This document shows, piece by piece, positions 38,896-48,850 of a stretch of 64,000 nucleotides of DNA. Within the stretch, counting starts at the first letter, position 1, and each line of letters opens with the position of its first letter. The notes below the pieces were generated by a model. The model worked only from the letters and a program-made list of their open reading frames with translations, was not told where the DNA came from and did not search any database. The position numbers were made by a program, and so were the translations under genes. The DNA comes from Nitrospinota bacterium (GTDB taxonomy: Bacteria; Nitrospinota; Nitrospinia; Nitrospinales; VA-1). Location of the stretch: NCBI GenBank assembly GCA_028345515.1, contig JAOMDP010000010.1, forward strand, positions 563 to 64,562, read 5' to 3'.

Positions 38896-39522
38896 ATGCA
38901 ACGGGATGAATTAAAATCGATTATTGAAAATATTTTGTTAGCTGCAGACCAACCGGTTCATGTTGGAGAACTAGAAAAAATTTTTCTCAACACGGCAGAA
39001 AAAAAGGATTTACAGCTGATTCTTGAAGAGCTGAAGGAAGAGTACCAGTCTCGAAATCTTCAAATCCTTGAAGTTGCAGATGGTTATCAGTTATGTACTC
39101 GACATGAATTTAATGACTGGATTCGTAAGTTTCTAAAATTGGATAGATCCTCACGATTGTCCCAACCCGGTTTAGATACACTATCTATTATTGCTTATAA
39201 GCAACCTCTAACGCGTCAAGAAGTAGATGATATTCGAGGAGTGGATTCGAGTGGAGTTATCAAAACTTTGTTGGAAAAAAAAGTAATAGGGCCGGCAGGG
39301 AGAAAAAAAGTTCCAGGTCGACCCATTATGTATCGCACAACTCAAAAATTTCTTGAATATTTTGGCCTGAAAGATTTGAATGATTTGCCAACCTTAGAGG
39401 ATTTAAAGGAAGATTTGGAAGATGGTGACAATCCTTTGCAGTCCCAGATAGAGTTCGCAAAATCAGAAACAGAGTCCTCCTCTGAAATATTTGAAAATAA
39501 GGAAGACGCTACATCTACTTAG
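38896..39522 (+). CDS. scpB: Segregation and condensation protein B
   Basis: IIENILLAADQPV and LSQPGLDTLSIIAYKQPLTRQEVDDIRGVDS (winged-helix repeats). Confidence 0.9.
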   Translation: MQRDELKSIIENILLAADQPVHVGELEKIFLNTAEKKDLQLILEELKEEYQSRNLQILEVADGYQLCTRHEFNDWIRKFLKLDRSSRLSQPGLDTLSIIAYKQPLTRQEVDDIRGVDSSGVIKTLLEKKVIGPAGRKKVPGRPIMYRTTQKFLEYFGLKDLNDLPTLEDLKEDLEDGDNPLQSQIEFAKSETESSSEIFENKEDATST

Positions 39523-39561
39523 ATCCCTAAGAAGTTTTACCATCCTTTTATTCTGCATAAA

Positions 39562-40359
39562 ATGGAAATTCGTTTACAAAAAATAATAGCTGATGCTGGC
39601 TTGGCCTCTAGGCGGGAAGCAGAAAGATGGATTGAAGAGGGAAAGGTCAAAGTCAATGACAAATTAGTGACTAAGCTGGGTTCGCTAGCTGATCCAAGTG
39701 TGGACCGTATAAAAGTTCTAGGTAAAGCGATCCCAGAAAAGCAAAATGATGTTTATATTCTTTTAAATAAGCCGACGGGTTGCCTCACTACGATGGCAGA
39801 AGATAAACGTGGTAGAACGACGGTCATGGAATATGTGCAAGTGACAAAAGTCCGGGTATTCCCGGTAGGGCGTCTAGATTACAATACTCAAGGGGTGTTG
39901 CTTTTTACTAACGATGGGGTGCTGGCAAAGAAACTTTTACTTCCTAAATATAAAGTGGAACGCACCTATAAGGTAAAGGTTGCTGGGATACCAAACGAAA
40001 AAACACTTAAACGTTTGCAGCGAGGTGTCCATATTGCCGATGAGAAGTTTAAACCTATTGATGTCAAAATTCAAAAGACTAGTGGGAAAAACTGCTTTCT
40101 TGTTATGACATTAACTGAAGGAAAAAACAGACATATTAAAAAAGTTTGTGAGCATATTGGACACCCTGTTATTAAATTACAGCGTACCCATTTTGGAGGA
40201 TTGAATTTAACAGGACTTCCCTTGGGAGCGTGTAGGTTTTTAAACCTAAAAGAAATAAAATCTCTTAAAAAAATTGTGACTGTGGAGCCGGTCCTCACCA
40301 GGCCACTCAGAAAAAAAAATGAGAAACTCTTTTCCAAAAAAAAACTTCTGGCTCATTAG
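39562..40359 (+). CDS. rluB: rRNA pseudouridine synthase, RsuA/RluB family
   Basis: S4 domain RLQKIIADAGLASRREAERWI and the catalytic motif GRLDYNTQGVLLFTNDG. Confidence 0.88.
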   Translation: MEIRLQKIIADAGLASRREAERWIEEGKVKVNDKLVTKLGSLADPSVDRIKVLGKAIPEKQNDVYILLNKPTGCLTTMAEDKRGRTTVMEYVQVTKVRVFPVGRLDYNTQGVLLFTNDGVLAKKLLLPKYKVERTYKVKVAGIPNEKTLKRLQRGVHIADEKFKPIDVKIQKTSGKNCFLVMTLTEGKNRHIKKVCEHIGHPVIKLQRTHFGGLNLTGLPLGACRFLNLKEIKSLKKIVTVEPVLTRPLRKKNEKLFSKKKLLAH

Positions 40360-41293
40360 TTTTATGGTTGTAGCCTTTTTGCAAATCGACAATCAGTTTT
40401 CTTTTGCAAAACCCATATTAAAGGATTCTTATGAAGGTGTTGCCAGTATTCCTGTAAAAAATGAAAATTATGTTTCCGCCCGAAAGAAGGCAGTAGCTTT
40501 TGCCATGAAAAACGCAATGGAGTCAGCCTTTAAAGATTTAATAGGTGAAGAGGAGTTTGCTACAAGCCAGCGAGATCTAAAAAAGATTATTCGGCGAGCC
40601 AGTCGATATGTAAAAAGTTACAGGTATTTGCAAGCCTTAGATGACTTAGAAAACAAAGTCAGCGAAGTGATTTTAGAAGTTAGATTTTTTTCTGGGGCTG
40701 TAAACCAGGTCCTTGCAGGAATGGGTGTTGTTGCTCACCCTCTTAGCGAAAATAAAGTGGTGGTTTTAATGAAGGAAAACAGTTTTACTTCTGCGCCTCT
40801 CGCTTCTTTTTGGGATGTTGTTCCCATTTCAGAAACGCAGTTGGCTAACAATTTTTTAGAATCGGGCATTGAAGTGGTGGATAGAAATAGTATTCGCGAT
40901 GTGGTTCCAGAAAGTATTGTGCGGAGTGCTATCAAAGGCAATTTAGATGATGCCAGAAATATCGGCTTGAAAGCCGGGGCAGATATCGTTATCTTGGGTA
41001 CAGCTGTTTCAAAATTAAAAAAAAACAAAGACATAAAAATGAAGATGGTACAGGTTAATATAAGTATTAAAGCTGTTTCAATCTTAGATTCTTATTTAAT
41101 AGCCGCAAAAAGTGATTTTGCCACGGTAAAAAACGAATATGAATTGTCAGCGGAATTAGAGGCATTCGATGTGACCAGTCAAAAACTTGCTGATTTCTTA
41201 CTTCCTTCTCTTTATAGCTATTGGGAAAAGGGTATGCAAACACCAATAAAAAAGGCTCCTGATGCTCTGCCAATGCCTATGGCGGATATGTAG
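40319..41293 (+). CDS. Secreted/periplasmic hypothetical protein with a CsgG/LpoB/TolB-N-like central region
   Basis: Signal peptide ending FSFA/KP. The pattern VVVLMKEN...VVDRNSI...GADIVILGTAV...VNISIKAV resembles CsgG/LpoB-type folds. This is pattern recognition only. The start overlaps the rluB 3' end. Confidence 0.45.
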   Translation: MRNSFPKKNFWLISFMVVAFLQIDNQFSFAKPILKDSYEGVASIPVKNENYVSARKKAVAFAMKNAMESAFKDLIGEEEFATSQRDLKKIIRRASRYVKSYRYLQALDDLENKVSEVILEVRFFSGAVNQVLAGMGVVAHPLSENKVVVLMKENSFTSAPLASFWDVVPISETQLANNFLESGIEVVDRNSIRDVVPESIVRSAIKGNLDDARNIGLKAGADIVILGTAVSKLKKNKDIKMKMVQVNISIKAVSILDSYLIAAKSDFATVKNEYELSAELEAFDVTSQKLADFLLPSLYSYWEKGMQTPIKKAPDALPMPMADM

Positions 41294-41296
41294 ACC

Positions 41297-42370
41297 ATGG
41301 ATAGGGATAAAAATAAAAATTTATTTCTTATATCTGTAATCGTCTTTCTCGTTATTTGTATTCTGCTTTATTTTTCTCGCCGAGTTGCTGCCCCTTTTTT
41401 TATTGCTTTTGCTCTCGCCTATCTAATGGATCCATTAGTGGATAAGATGGTCCGTAAGGGTGTGTCCAGAACAGGGTCGGTACTATTTTTGATGGGGACT
41501 TTTTTTTTACTACTCGTAGTTGCCTGCATTTTGTTTGTCCCTATATTGAGCACGCAGACAGAAAATTTAATGCAGAATATTCCCATATATATTGGGATTT
41601 TTCAGGATTGGATTCGTCCTTTATTAGATATGGTAAAAGGCCTTGATCCAGAAAAAGTGGAAGAGATTCTAAACGAAGTTTTATCCAGATTTGGAGAGCT
41701 TCCCATGAAGGCCTTACAGTTTTCCGGAAAACTTCTTTGGGGCTCCATTTCAAACTTATTCAATATTATCTTGATGATTGCAAATTTGGTGATCATTCCA
41801 GTAGTCATGTTTTATCTGCTGAGAGATTTTGATTCCATAAATAAGAGACTCCTGGCTTTGATTCCACCCCGACTTCAGGAAAAAACACGAGAATTGGTTC
41901 TTGAAATAGACAAGGTCTTGTCGAGTTTTGTTCGCGGGCAATTGGTGGTAGTGGCATTAATGGGATTGATGTATGCCTTCGGATTATTTTTATGTGATAC
42001 ACCCATGAGTCTTTCATTAGGTCTTATGGCGGGCTTAGTTAATTTAGTTCCTTATCTTGGATTGGTATTAGGTTTTGTTCCCGCTGCAATATTGACTTTT
42101 ATGCACACTCAGGAGTGGCTAGCGGTTCTTGGGGTCGCAGGTGTTTTTGCATTTGTACAGGGGATTGAGGGTATGATTATTACTCCTCGTATAGTGGGCG
42201 AAAACATTGGTTTGCACCCTGTCGCCGTCATATTTGCTGTTCTTCTTGGGGGTGAGTTGTTCGGCCTGGTAGGCATGCTTTTAGGTGTTCCTATCGTTGC
42301 AATATTGAACGTTCTTTTCTCTCGTAGCATTTTTCAATACAAAAACTCCCCCTTTTACTCAGATTCTTAA
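41297..42370 (+). CDS. AI-2E family transporter (PerM-like)
   Basis: 357 aa, about 8 TM segments, with the conserved C-terminal region PRIVGENIGLHPV...GVPIVA. Confidence 0.85.
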   Translation: MDRDKNKNLFLISVIVFLVICILLYFSRRVAAPFFIAFALAYLMDPLVDKMVRKGVSRTGSVLFLMGTFFLLLVVACILFVPILSTQTENLMQNIPIYIGIFQDWIRPLLDMVKGLDPEKVEEILNEVLSRFGELPMKALQFSGKLLWGSISNLFNIILMIANLVIIPVVMFYLLRDFDSINKRLLALIPPRLQEKTRELVLEIDKVLSSFVRGQLVVVALMGLMYAFGLFLCDTPMSLSLGLMAGLVNLVPYLGLVLGFVPAAILTFMHTQEWLAVLGVAGVFAFVQGIEGMIITPRIVGENIGLHPVAVIFAVLLGGELFGLVGMLLGVPIVAILNVLFSRSIFQYKNSPFYSDS

Positions 42371-42623
42371 AGTATTTTTTCAGTATTCCCTAAATTTAAA
42401 CTAAAACGGCTCCTTCGATTTATATAGAGTAAGAGATTTTATCGATGGGTGACAAAAACTACTCTGGGTCTTGGATGTGCCATAGTAATCGAATTTCTTG
42501 TTAAATAGGTGCAAGCTCGGCATAATTTTATTCGTTAACACATCTGTATAAACAAGCTGAAAAGGTTTCTGTTAAAATGATTTTTCACAATATAATGAAA
42601 AAAGTTAGAGCTATAAAAATATT

Positions 42624-44210
42624 TTGAGGTTGGATTTGGCAAAAAAGAAAATAAAAAATACGCAAAACCCAGAGACGGACGGTGGAGTTGCTCTGTCCAC
42701 ACTAGGCGAAAAAATTAAAAGCAGTAACCCGGAATTAGCAGAGCATTTTGAGGCCATTAAAAGTATGGAGCTTTCTGTTCCCCGCTTGGTTCAGGTTATT
42801 GAAGACCTCTTACCCTATCCCTGGGAAGACTCGGCATTGTTTGAGGGAGGGATAAAGCTCACTGCACAAGGATTTTATAACGAAGCAATTGCCGTATTTC
42901 ATGATGTTTTACGGATTAGTCCCAATGCTTATCCAGCGTTTCATTTATTGGGCCATGTTTATATGGCTTTGGGAAATCGGAAGGAAGAAATTGAAAATTA
43001 TCGTAAAGCAGCGCGCCTTAAACCTAACTATCCGCAAATTTATATTGACCTGGGAACTGCTTACTGGATGCAAGGCAAGGAAAAAAAATCTTATGCAGCT
43101 TTTAAAAAAATTATTCCTATGGCTCCCGAATTTGCAATTGCAGACTATTGGTTGACTTTTATTTTTGACCGACTTGGAAGGAATCGTGATGTCTATGAGA
43201 TAAACAAAAAAAGCGCGGAAGCTCCTTCAAAGGTTTTTGCAAGTATATGCGCTTTGATAGGGCAAGCTTATTTGGAGTTTGGCTATCATGCGGTAGCTCG
43301 ACAGGCATTTAAAAGAGCTGTGCGGGTTTGGCCAGAATATGCCGAGGGAAATTATTTGTTGGGTTGCCTTCACATCAAAAGGTTGCGAAACCCAAAACGC
43401 GCGATGAAATTTCTGGAAACTGCGGAACAGTTGTATATCCGTCAAAATGATTTCCAACGAGCTTCGCTAATCCATCAACTTTATCGTCCAAAAGAGGAGG
43501 TCCAAGAAAAAAATAAAGCTGCTGAAGAATGGTTGAAAGAGGGCTTGCGCTTGCAGAATCTGACTTGGTACCAAGCTGCAGTCGATGCATATCAAATGGC
43601 ACGTGGATTCAAGCCAGACTTTTTGGATGCCTATTACAATATGGGGGTTGCCTATGGTTGCATGGAAGAAAATGGTATCGATGCCTTGCATAAAGCGGTA
43701 TGGGTTTTTAAAAAATCTATAGATCTTAATCCTCAGTTTATTCATGCCTACACGGCTTTAGGTGCGTCTTATATCAAGCAGGGTGAAACGGAAGAAGCAA
43801 TTGCGGTTTTAAATCGCGCAGAGGGGGTTTGCCCAAAAGATTCGAATGTATATTTTTATTTAGGAATTGCCAGCCGTATCAAGGCCCAGTATAAAGAAGC
43901 AGTGGAATATTTAAAAAAGGCCGTGGTTTTGAAACCAGATTCGGTTCAGGTACAGTTTTATCTGGGGCTTTCGCTGATGGATGCTGAGTTATACGACGAT
44001 GCTTGTTTGGCCTTTCGTGAAGTCATAAGAATTAAACCCAACTTTGCGGATGGCCATATGATGCTGGGAAATTTATACCGCGAGAATATTCCAGAGCCAG
44101 AAAAGGCAGTATATCATCTCAAAAAAGCAGAAAAGTTATTTGTTAAAATGGAAGATTTCCAACGAGTCGGTTACATCCGTCAGTTATTACTACGTTTTGG
44201 TTCAAGCTAA
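42624..44210 (+). CDS. Tetratricopeptide-repeat protein
   Basis: Multiple 34-aa repeats with A..Y/F...L...P spacing (for example AIAVFHDVLRISPNAYPAFHLLGHVY). TTG start. Confidence 0.75.
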   Translation: MRLDLAKKKIKNTQNPETDGGVALSTLGEKIKSSNPELAEHFEAIKSMELSVPRLVQVIEDLLPYPWEDSALFEGGIKLTAQGFYNEAIAVFHDVLRISPNAYPAFHLLGHVYMALGNRKEEIENYRKAARLKPNYPQIYIDLGTAYWMQGKEKKSYAAFKKIIPMAPEFAIADYWLTFIFDRLGRNRDVYEINKKSAEAPSKVFASICALIGQAYLEFGYHAVARQAFKRAVRVWPEYAEGNYLLGCLHIKRLRNPKRAMKFLETAEQLYIRQNDFQRASLIHQLYRPKEEVQEKNKAAEEWLKEGLRLQNLTWYQAAVDAYQMARGFKPDFLDAYYNMGVAYGCMEENGIDALHKAVWVFKKSIDLNPQFIHAYTALGASYIKQGETEEAIAVLNRAEGVCPKDSNVYFYLGIASRIKAQYKEAVEYLKKAVVLKPDSVQVQFYLGLSLMDAELYDDACLAFREVIRIKPNFADGHMMLGNLYRENIPEPEKAVYHLKKAEKLFVKMEDFQRVGYIRQLLLRFGSS

Positions 44211-44293
44211 TGAGCGCGAAAAATATTATGGAAAGAAAATATTTAGTTTTTACCATGAAGAATAAATAACCTGAATTGGAAAAACTAGAGGTT

Positions 44294-44689
44294 CTAAGAT
44301 TTTTTTAATTCCAAGGATGCTGAATTGATGCAATAGCGTAGACGCGTAGGTTCAGGCCCATCTTCGAAAACATGGCCAAGGTGCGAATCGCATTTCCTGC
44401 AAAGCACCTCAACTCTACGCATAAAAAACGATGAATCTTCTGCGGTAACGACAGAACTTGGATCAATCGATTCGTAAAAACTTGGCCAGCCGGTACCAGA
44501 ATCAAATTTTGTCAAAGAAGCAAATAGAGGTTCATCGCAACAAGTGCAATGGTAGGTACCTTTATCATGGCAGTCCCAATACTTTCCAGAAAAAGCTGGT
44601 TCGGTTCCTTTTTTACGACAAACCTTGAATTGTTCTTCCGTCAGTTTCTCTCTCCATTCACTTTCTGATTTTTGAAAATTTTTTGTCAA
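44294..44689 (-). CDS. msrB: Peptide-methionine (R)-S-oxide reductase MsrB
   Basis: Zn pairs CTCC...C/CRKC, active site [14 protein letters not shown]. Confidence 0.93.
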   Translation of the reverse strand: MTKNFQKSESEWREKLTEEQFKVCRKKGTEPAFSGKYWDCHDKGTYHCTCCDEPLFASLTKFDSGTGWPSFYESIDPSSVVTAEDSSFFMRRVEVLCRKCDSHLGHVFEDGPEPTRLRYCINSASLELKKS

Positions 44690-44729
44690 AACAGAAACCC
44701 CCTTGCGTATGTGATAGTTTCAGAACTTT

Positions 44730-45695
44730 CTAGTTAATAATATTCTGCTTTTCTTTAATTCCTATTTCATAAATTTGTTTTAAAAACGATTTCATAACTC
44801 TGTAAGGATTGAATGAAATATCCCTTGGGCTAGCTGATTCAAAATCTGAGACGGTCAGTTCCGAAAGATCAGCGACACCAGAAATTTCTATTTTCTCTAG
44901 GTCATAATTTCCAAATCTTTTTATACGCGCAGCCTCCAGCGCATATACTTTTGGAAACATTAAAATCTCTGCAGCGATTCGGTCAAGTGCAGTCATATCA
45001 GTAGAGGCGGCAAGCACCCCTAGAGGATATGGACTGCCATGAATCGGCCCTTGTCCTTGCATGGCTTCGATACCATCTGCAATTGTCAGACAGGGGTTCA
45101 CATGACGAGCTATATCGATCAACATTTTTCCAAATTTAATTTTGTCGTTTTTAACAAGGCAATGTAGAACAGGTTTTCGTTTGCCTATAACAAGCCCAAA
45201 TAAATTTTTGATTGCCAGAGTCATTACCATTTGACAATGCGATTTAACTTTTGGCATGTTGATGATATGGTCGAACTCTTTCAAACAACCGGCAATTTTC
45301 AAATGGGGAACACCTTCTTCATTTTCAAAGGGCAGGGGATTAGTCAAAGGTATAATTTTAACACCATATTTACTCTTTAATTGATCGTATCCCGCTTTAC
45401 TTGCTACTGCTTCTAGACTACCTAAAGCTGGACTATCACTTATGGTGATTTGCCCAATAGTATAATCCTTTAGTACTCTGCATATAGCCTCAATAACTGC
45501 TGGATGAGTGGTTACGCAGTGCTCGGGAGTGAATCCTCTAAGGAGATTAGGCTTTAGTAACACCTTTTCTCCTATAGAAAAAAGGGTTTCCTTTCTATCA
45601 ATTACAGCTAATGCCTCGCGGATAAAGGATTCGATTTTGTCTATTGAGTAACTCTCAACCTTTTGAATATAGACTTTAGATTTCATTCTATACAT
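44730..45695 (-). CDS. DUF362 domain protein
   Basis: VLLKPNLL...HPAVIEAI... and KSHCQM... patterns as I recall for DUF362. Function unknown. Confidence 0.6.
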   Translation of the reverse strand: MYRMKSKVYIQKVESYSIDKIESFIREALAVIDRKETLFSIGEKVLLKPNLLRGFTPEHCVTTHPAVIEAICRVLKDYTIGQITISDSPALGSLEAVASKAGYDQLKSKYGVKIIPLTNPLPFENEEGVPHLKIAGCLKEFDHIINMPKVKSHCQMVMTLAIKNLFGLVIGKRKPVLHCLVKNDKIKFGKMLIDIARHVNPCLTIADGIEAMQGQGPIHGSPYPLGVLAASTDMTALDRIAAEILMFPKVYALEAARIKRFGNYDLEKIEISGVADLSELTVSDFESASPRDISFNPYRVMKSFLKQIYEIGIKEKQNIIN

Positions 45696-45739
45696 TATAT
45701 CTATTTAGAAAGCAGATTTTAAACATAAATGAAGATGTT

Positions 45740-48700
45740 TTAGGAACGGGTATATAGAGTCTTATAAATGCCACGGTTCCTTAAAACATGTTTCACATAG
45801 CGTCTTGTTTCGGGATAGGGAATAGACTCGATAAATACATCTAGATCAGTTAAATGACCAAACCGTTTTAACCACTTTTTAAGAATATGGGGTCCAGCAT
45901 TATAGGAAATCAAGATATGGGTTCCATTTCTCCCAAAACGCTTCTCCAATTGACTTACATATTTCACACCAAGTTGGATATTTAAGTCGGGTTCAAATAG
46001 AACATCAGCATCAAATGGTTTTTGAAGTTTAGTTTTTGGATAAAGTTTTTTGCCTGTGGTGGGCATTATTTGCATGAGACCACGGGCCCCTGCAGGAGAC
46101 AGTGCTTTGCTATCAAACAAGCTTTCCTGACGAATTATTCCATTTACAAAATAGGGGTCTACATTTCGATGCTTGGAGTATAAGGCCACTGCATCTCGGT
46201 AAGCTAGAGGAAAAAAATATTTCCAGAAGCTTGGAGATAAGGACCGCTCCCCCGATTTTGTGGCAAAATCTTTATATAACTGCAAAAGTTTATGCGATTC
46301 GGAATAACCATCGGCATTATGATAAAGTTTGGAAAGCCACAATACGCCAGTTAAATTTTTTTGAATGGATTTTCCAAGTTGCTGTATTTCATTTCTAGCT
46401 TCTTTATTCAATCCAATCCTAGATAATTCTTTTGCGCGGATATGATGAAATTTTTCCCTATGATCTAGTGGTCGGGCCAGCTTAAGAGAGGTTTTAAAAG
46501 CTGAGTTCCCCGGACTGGGTTCAGAGAAAACTATTCCTTGTTTGACCATTTGTTCCTTTGCACGAATTCCGTGAAATGTGTAAGGATATAATTTCGCAAT
46601 ATTTATAAAGATTTCTTTGGCCTTTTTTTTATCCCCTATTTTTTCAGCTGATTTAGCTCCCCAGTAAAGGTTGTATTCAATGAAAGGTCCATTCGGAAAT
46701 CGCATTGCCACTTCCTGAAAACGTTCATATGCTTTACCAAATTTACCATCAATATAATTTATCCAACCTAGCCGCCACCCAGCCCATTGACCGTAAAAGC
46801 TCTCAGGGTATTTCTTTAAAGCCTTTTCATAAAGTTTTAGTGATTCAGAATAGTTTTTGCGCTCTTCATAAATTTTACCAAGAAAAAATAAAGCTTTAAT
46901 AGCCCTCTCCGATAATGGGTTGTTTTCGGACACCTCCTTAAAATATTTAGCTCCAGCTAGAGGTTTTCCAAGGTTCCAAAGGTTTCTTCCAATATTAAAC
47001 TTAGCTTTGTCAATTTGTAAATGCTGTGGGTATAATTTGGAGAATTCTTTTAAAGCTATGTTCGCTTTTTCCCGATCCCGTAATCCACGATAGGCCTTAG
47101 ATAGAAAGAAATAAAATCGTCCTGGTATCGGGTTGTTGTCCTTTTTGATCTTACTGATCTCAGTTATGATTTCTTTATACCGAACACCTTTAAATAGATG
47201 CTCAATTCTCTCTGTGTGTTCTTCTAAATTTAGAGGAACTTCTTTTATGCCATGAGATACGAGAAGCTTTTTTATTGCGGTTATGGAATCAGTTGTGCGC
47301 TCATGATTCGGATATTTAATATAAAGCTGCCGATAATTAAAATAGGCTTTCGATTTCTTTCCTAGCTTCTCTTGATTTAATGCTAATTTAAAAAGAAGCT
47401 CGGGTATATATGATCGAAAAATCTTATGATAGGAAGAGCTTTCTAAAGTTGTAATAGTTTCCTGAAAAATTTCAGCAGCCTTATTCTTGGAGTCATTTTG
47501 ACTGTAGGTTTCCGAAAGAATAATTTTGGCCTCAGGGTAGAGCTGTGTTTCCGGGAATTTTTTTAGGAGTGTGCCCACATGTCTTTGTGCCTGCTCAAAA
47601 TTTTTGTTTTGTAACTCTGCTTTAGCAAGATTTAGCAAGATATAATCTTGGATTTCTGGATAATTTTTAATCAGAGGAGTTAATATTTCTATAGCCTGTT
47701 TGTTTTTTCTGGATTGTATGTATAAAAGGGCCAGTAAAAAACTAGAACGTTTACCTACCTTTGAATTTGGATCTTTGTTTTTAATAGCAAGTAATTGGTT
47801 TTTAGCTTTAGCCCATTCTTTTTTAAAAAAATTATTTTTTGCTTGTTCAAAATCCTGGGTTGTATTTTTAGCCTCCGAGTTACTGCCAAAACCTAGTGCT
47901 ATAAAAACTACGAAAAAAAAGGCTGCTACATTGGGAAGGTTGGAAAGTAATTTTTCGCTGAGAGTTGCAGGTGTGTCATTTTTATTTGTAGTTATGATTT
48001 GAGCTTCAGGCATTTTTCGAAACCACGTGAGCTGTCGTTTGGCATAGTGGCGAGTTTCCCGTTTTATTTCGTAAATAGCCCTCTCTAAAGTCAAATCTTC
48101 CTGATGATATCTCGTCATCTGAGCATAACCAATGCTTTTTAGTGGCTTTAGGTCTGAGGAGTAACCACTATCTAGTATGTCCTTGACCTCGCCTTCTAGA
48201 CCATCTTCAATCATGGAATCAACACGGCAATCGATTTTCTTATAAAGTGCGGATCGATCCAATTCGAGAATGAAAGTATGAATAGGGAATTGTGTATTGG
48301 AGGAGGTATCTTCTTTATGGAACCCTGAAAATGGTTTGCCCGTTTCCATATAAACTCCTAAGGCTCTTTCAATTCTCAGCGAATCTGTTTCTGAAATTTT
48401 TTCGGCGAAGTAGGGATCGATAGCTTGCAATTTTTTATAGACGGTTTTTACTCCTTGTTTCAAAATATCATGTTGTATTTTTTTTCTAAATTTTTCTGAA
48501 ATTTTAACAGCGCAGTCATAGTCCTGAATTAAGACTTTAAGGTAAAGCGCGGTACCTCCAACTAGGATGGGGATTTTATTGCGATTCATAAGATCGTTGA
48601 TGGAATTTAGGGCGCGGGTTTTAAAATCAAAAGCATTAAATTCTTCATCGGGTTCTAGAATATCAATTAAGTGATGGGGGATGCGCTGGCGTTCTTCTTC

Positions 48701-48850
48701 AGAAGGTTTGGCGGTACCAATATCAAAATATTTATAGACTTGCATTGAATCGGCACTGATAATTTCTGTATTTAGTTTTTTTGCCAAGGCAAGAGCAGTT
48801 TTACTTTTGCCTGATGTGGTCGGACCCGTCAACACAATTAAAGGAATCAT
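45740..48850 (-). CDS. miaA: tRNA dimethylallyltransferase (MiaA) fused in frame to a TM anchor, a TPR/superhelical region and an Slt70-like lytic transglycosylase domain
   Basis: Residues 17-~315: MIPLIVLTGPTTSGKSK, SADSMQVYKYFDIGTAKP and AKRQLTWFRK (MiaA). TM segment PNVAAFFFVVFIALGF at about 47888-47935. The C-terminus has RQESLFDSKALSPAGARGLMQIMP and ISYNAGP (family-1 lytic transglycosylase). There is no stop codon anywhere between. The frame is open up to 48898, and I prefer the ATG at 48850. Confidence 0.8.
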   Translation of the reverse strand: MIPLIVLTGPTTSGKSKTALALAKKLNTEIISADSMQVYKYFDIGTAKPSEEERQRIPHHLIDILEPDEEFNAFDFKTRALNSINDLMNRNKIPILVGGTALYLKVLIQDYDCAVKISEKFRKKIQHDILKQGVKTVYKKLQAIDPYFAEKISETDSLRIERALGVYMETGKPFSGFHKEDTSSNTQFPIHTFILELDRSALYKKIDCRVDSMIEDGLEGEVKDILDSGYSSDLKPLKSIGYAQMTRYHQEDLTLERAIYEIKRETRHYAKRQLTWFRKMPEAQIITTNKNDTPATLSEKLLSNLPNVAAFFFVVFIALGFGSNSEAKNTTQDFEQAKNNFFKKEWAKAKNQLLAIKNKDPNSKVGKRSSFLLALLYIQSRKNKQAIEILTPLIKNYPEIQDYILLNLAKAELQNKNFEQAQRHVGTLLKKFPETQLYPEAKIILSETYSQNDSKNKAAEIFQETITTLESSSYHKIFRSYIPELLFKLALNQEKLGKKSKAYFNYRQLYIKYPNHERTTDSITAIKKLLVSHGIKEVPLNLEEHTERIEHLFKGVRYKEIITEISKIKKDNNPIPGRFYFFLSKAYRGLRDREKANIALKEFSKLYPQHLQIDKAKFNIGRNLWNLGKPLAGAKYFKEVSENNPLSERAIKALFFLGKIYEERKNYSESLKLYEKALKKYPESFYGQWAGWRLGWINYIDGKFGKAYERFQEVAMRFPNGPFIEYNLYWGAKSAEKIGDKKKAKEIFINIAKLYPYTFHGIRAKEQMVKQGIVFSEPSPGNSAFKTSLKLARPLDHREKFHHIRAKELSRIGLNKEARNEIQQLGKSIQKNLTGVLWLSKLYHNADGYSESHKLLQLYKDFATKSGERSLSPSFWKYFFPLAYRDAVALYSKHRNVDPYFVNGIIRQESLFDSKALSPAGARGLMQIMPTTGKKLYPKTKLQKPFDADVLFEPDLNIQLGVKYVSQLEKRFGRNGTHILISYNAGPHILKKWLKRFGHLTDLDVFIESIPYPETRRYVKHVLRNRGIYKTLYTRS

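Noticed and set aside
48011-48013. Internal ATG (Met296) as the start of an independent slt gene inside the miaA-slt frame
   Set aside because: There is no SD upstream (…GTGGTTTCGAAAAATG). More importantly, there is no stop codon for miaA, so translation from the miaA start would still read through. It is kept as a caveat in the fusion finding.
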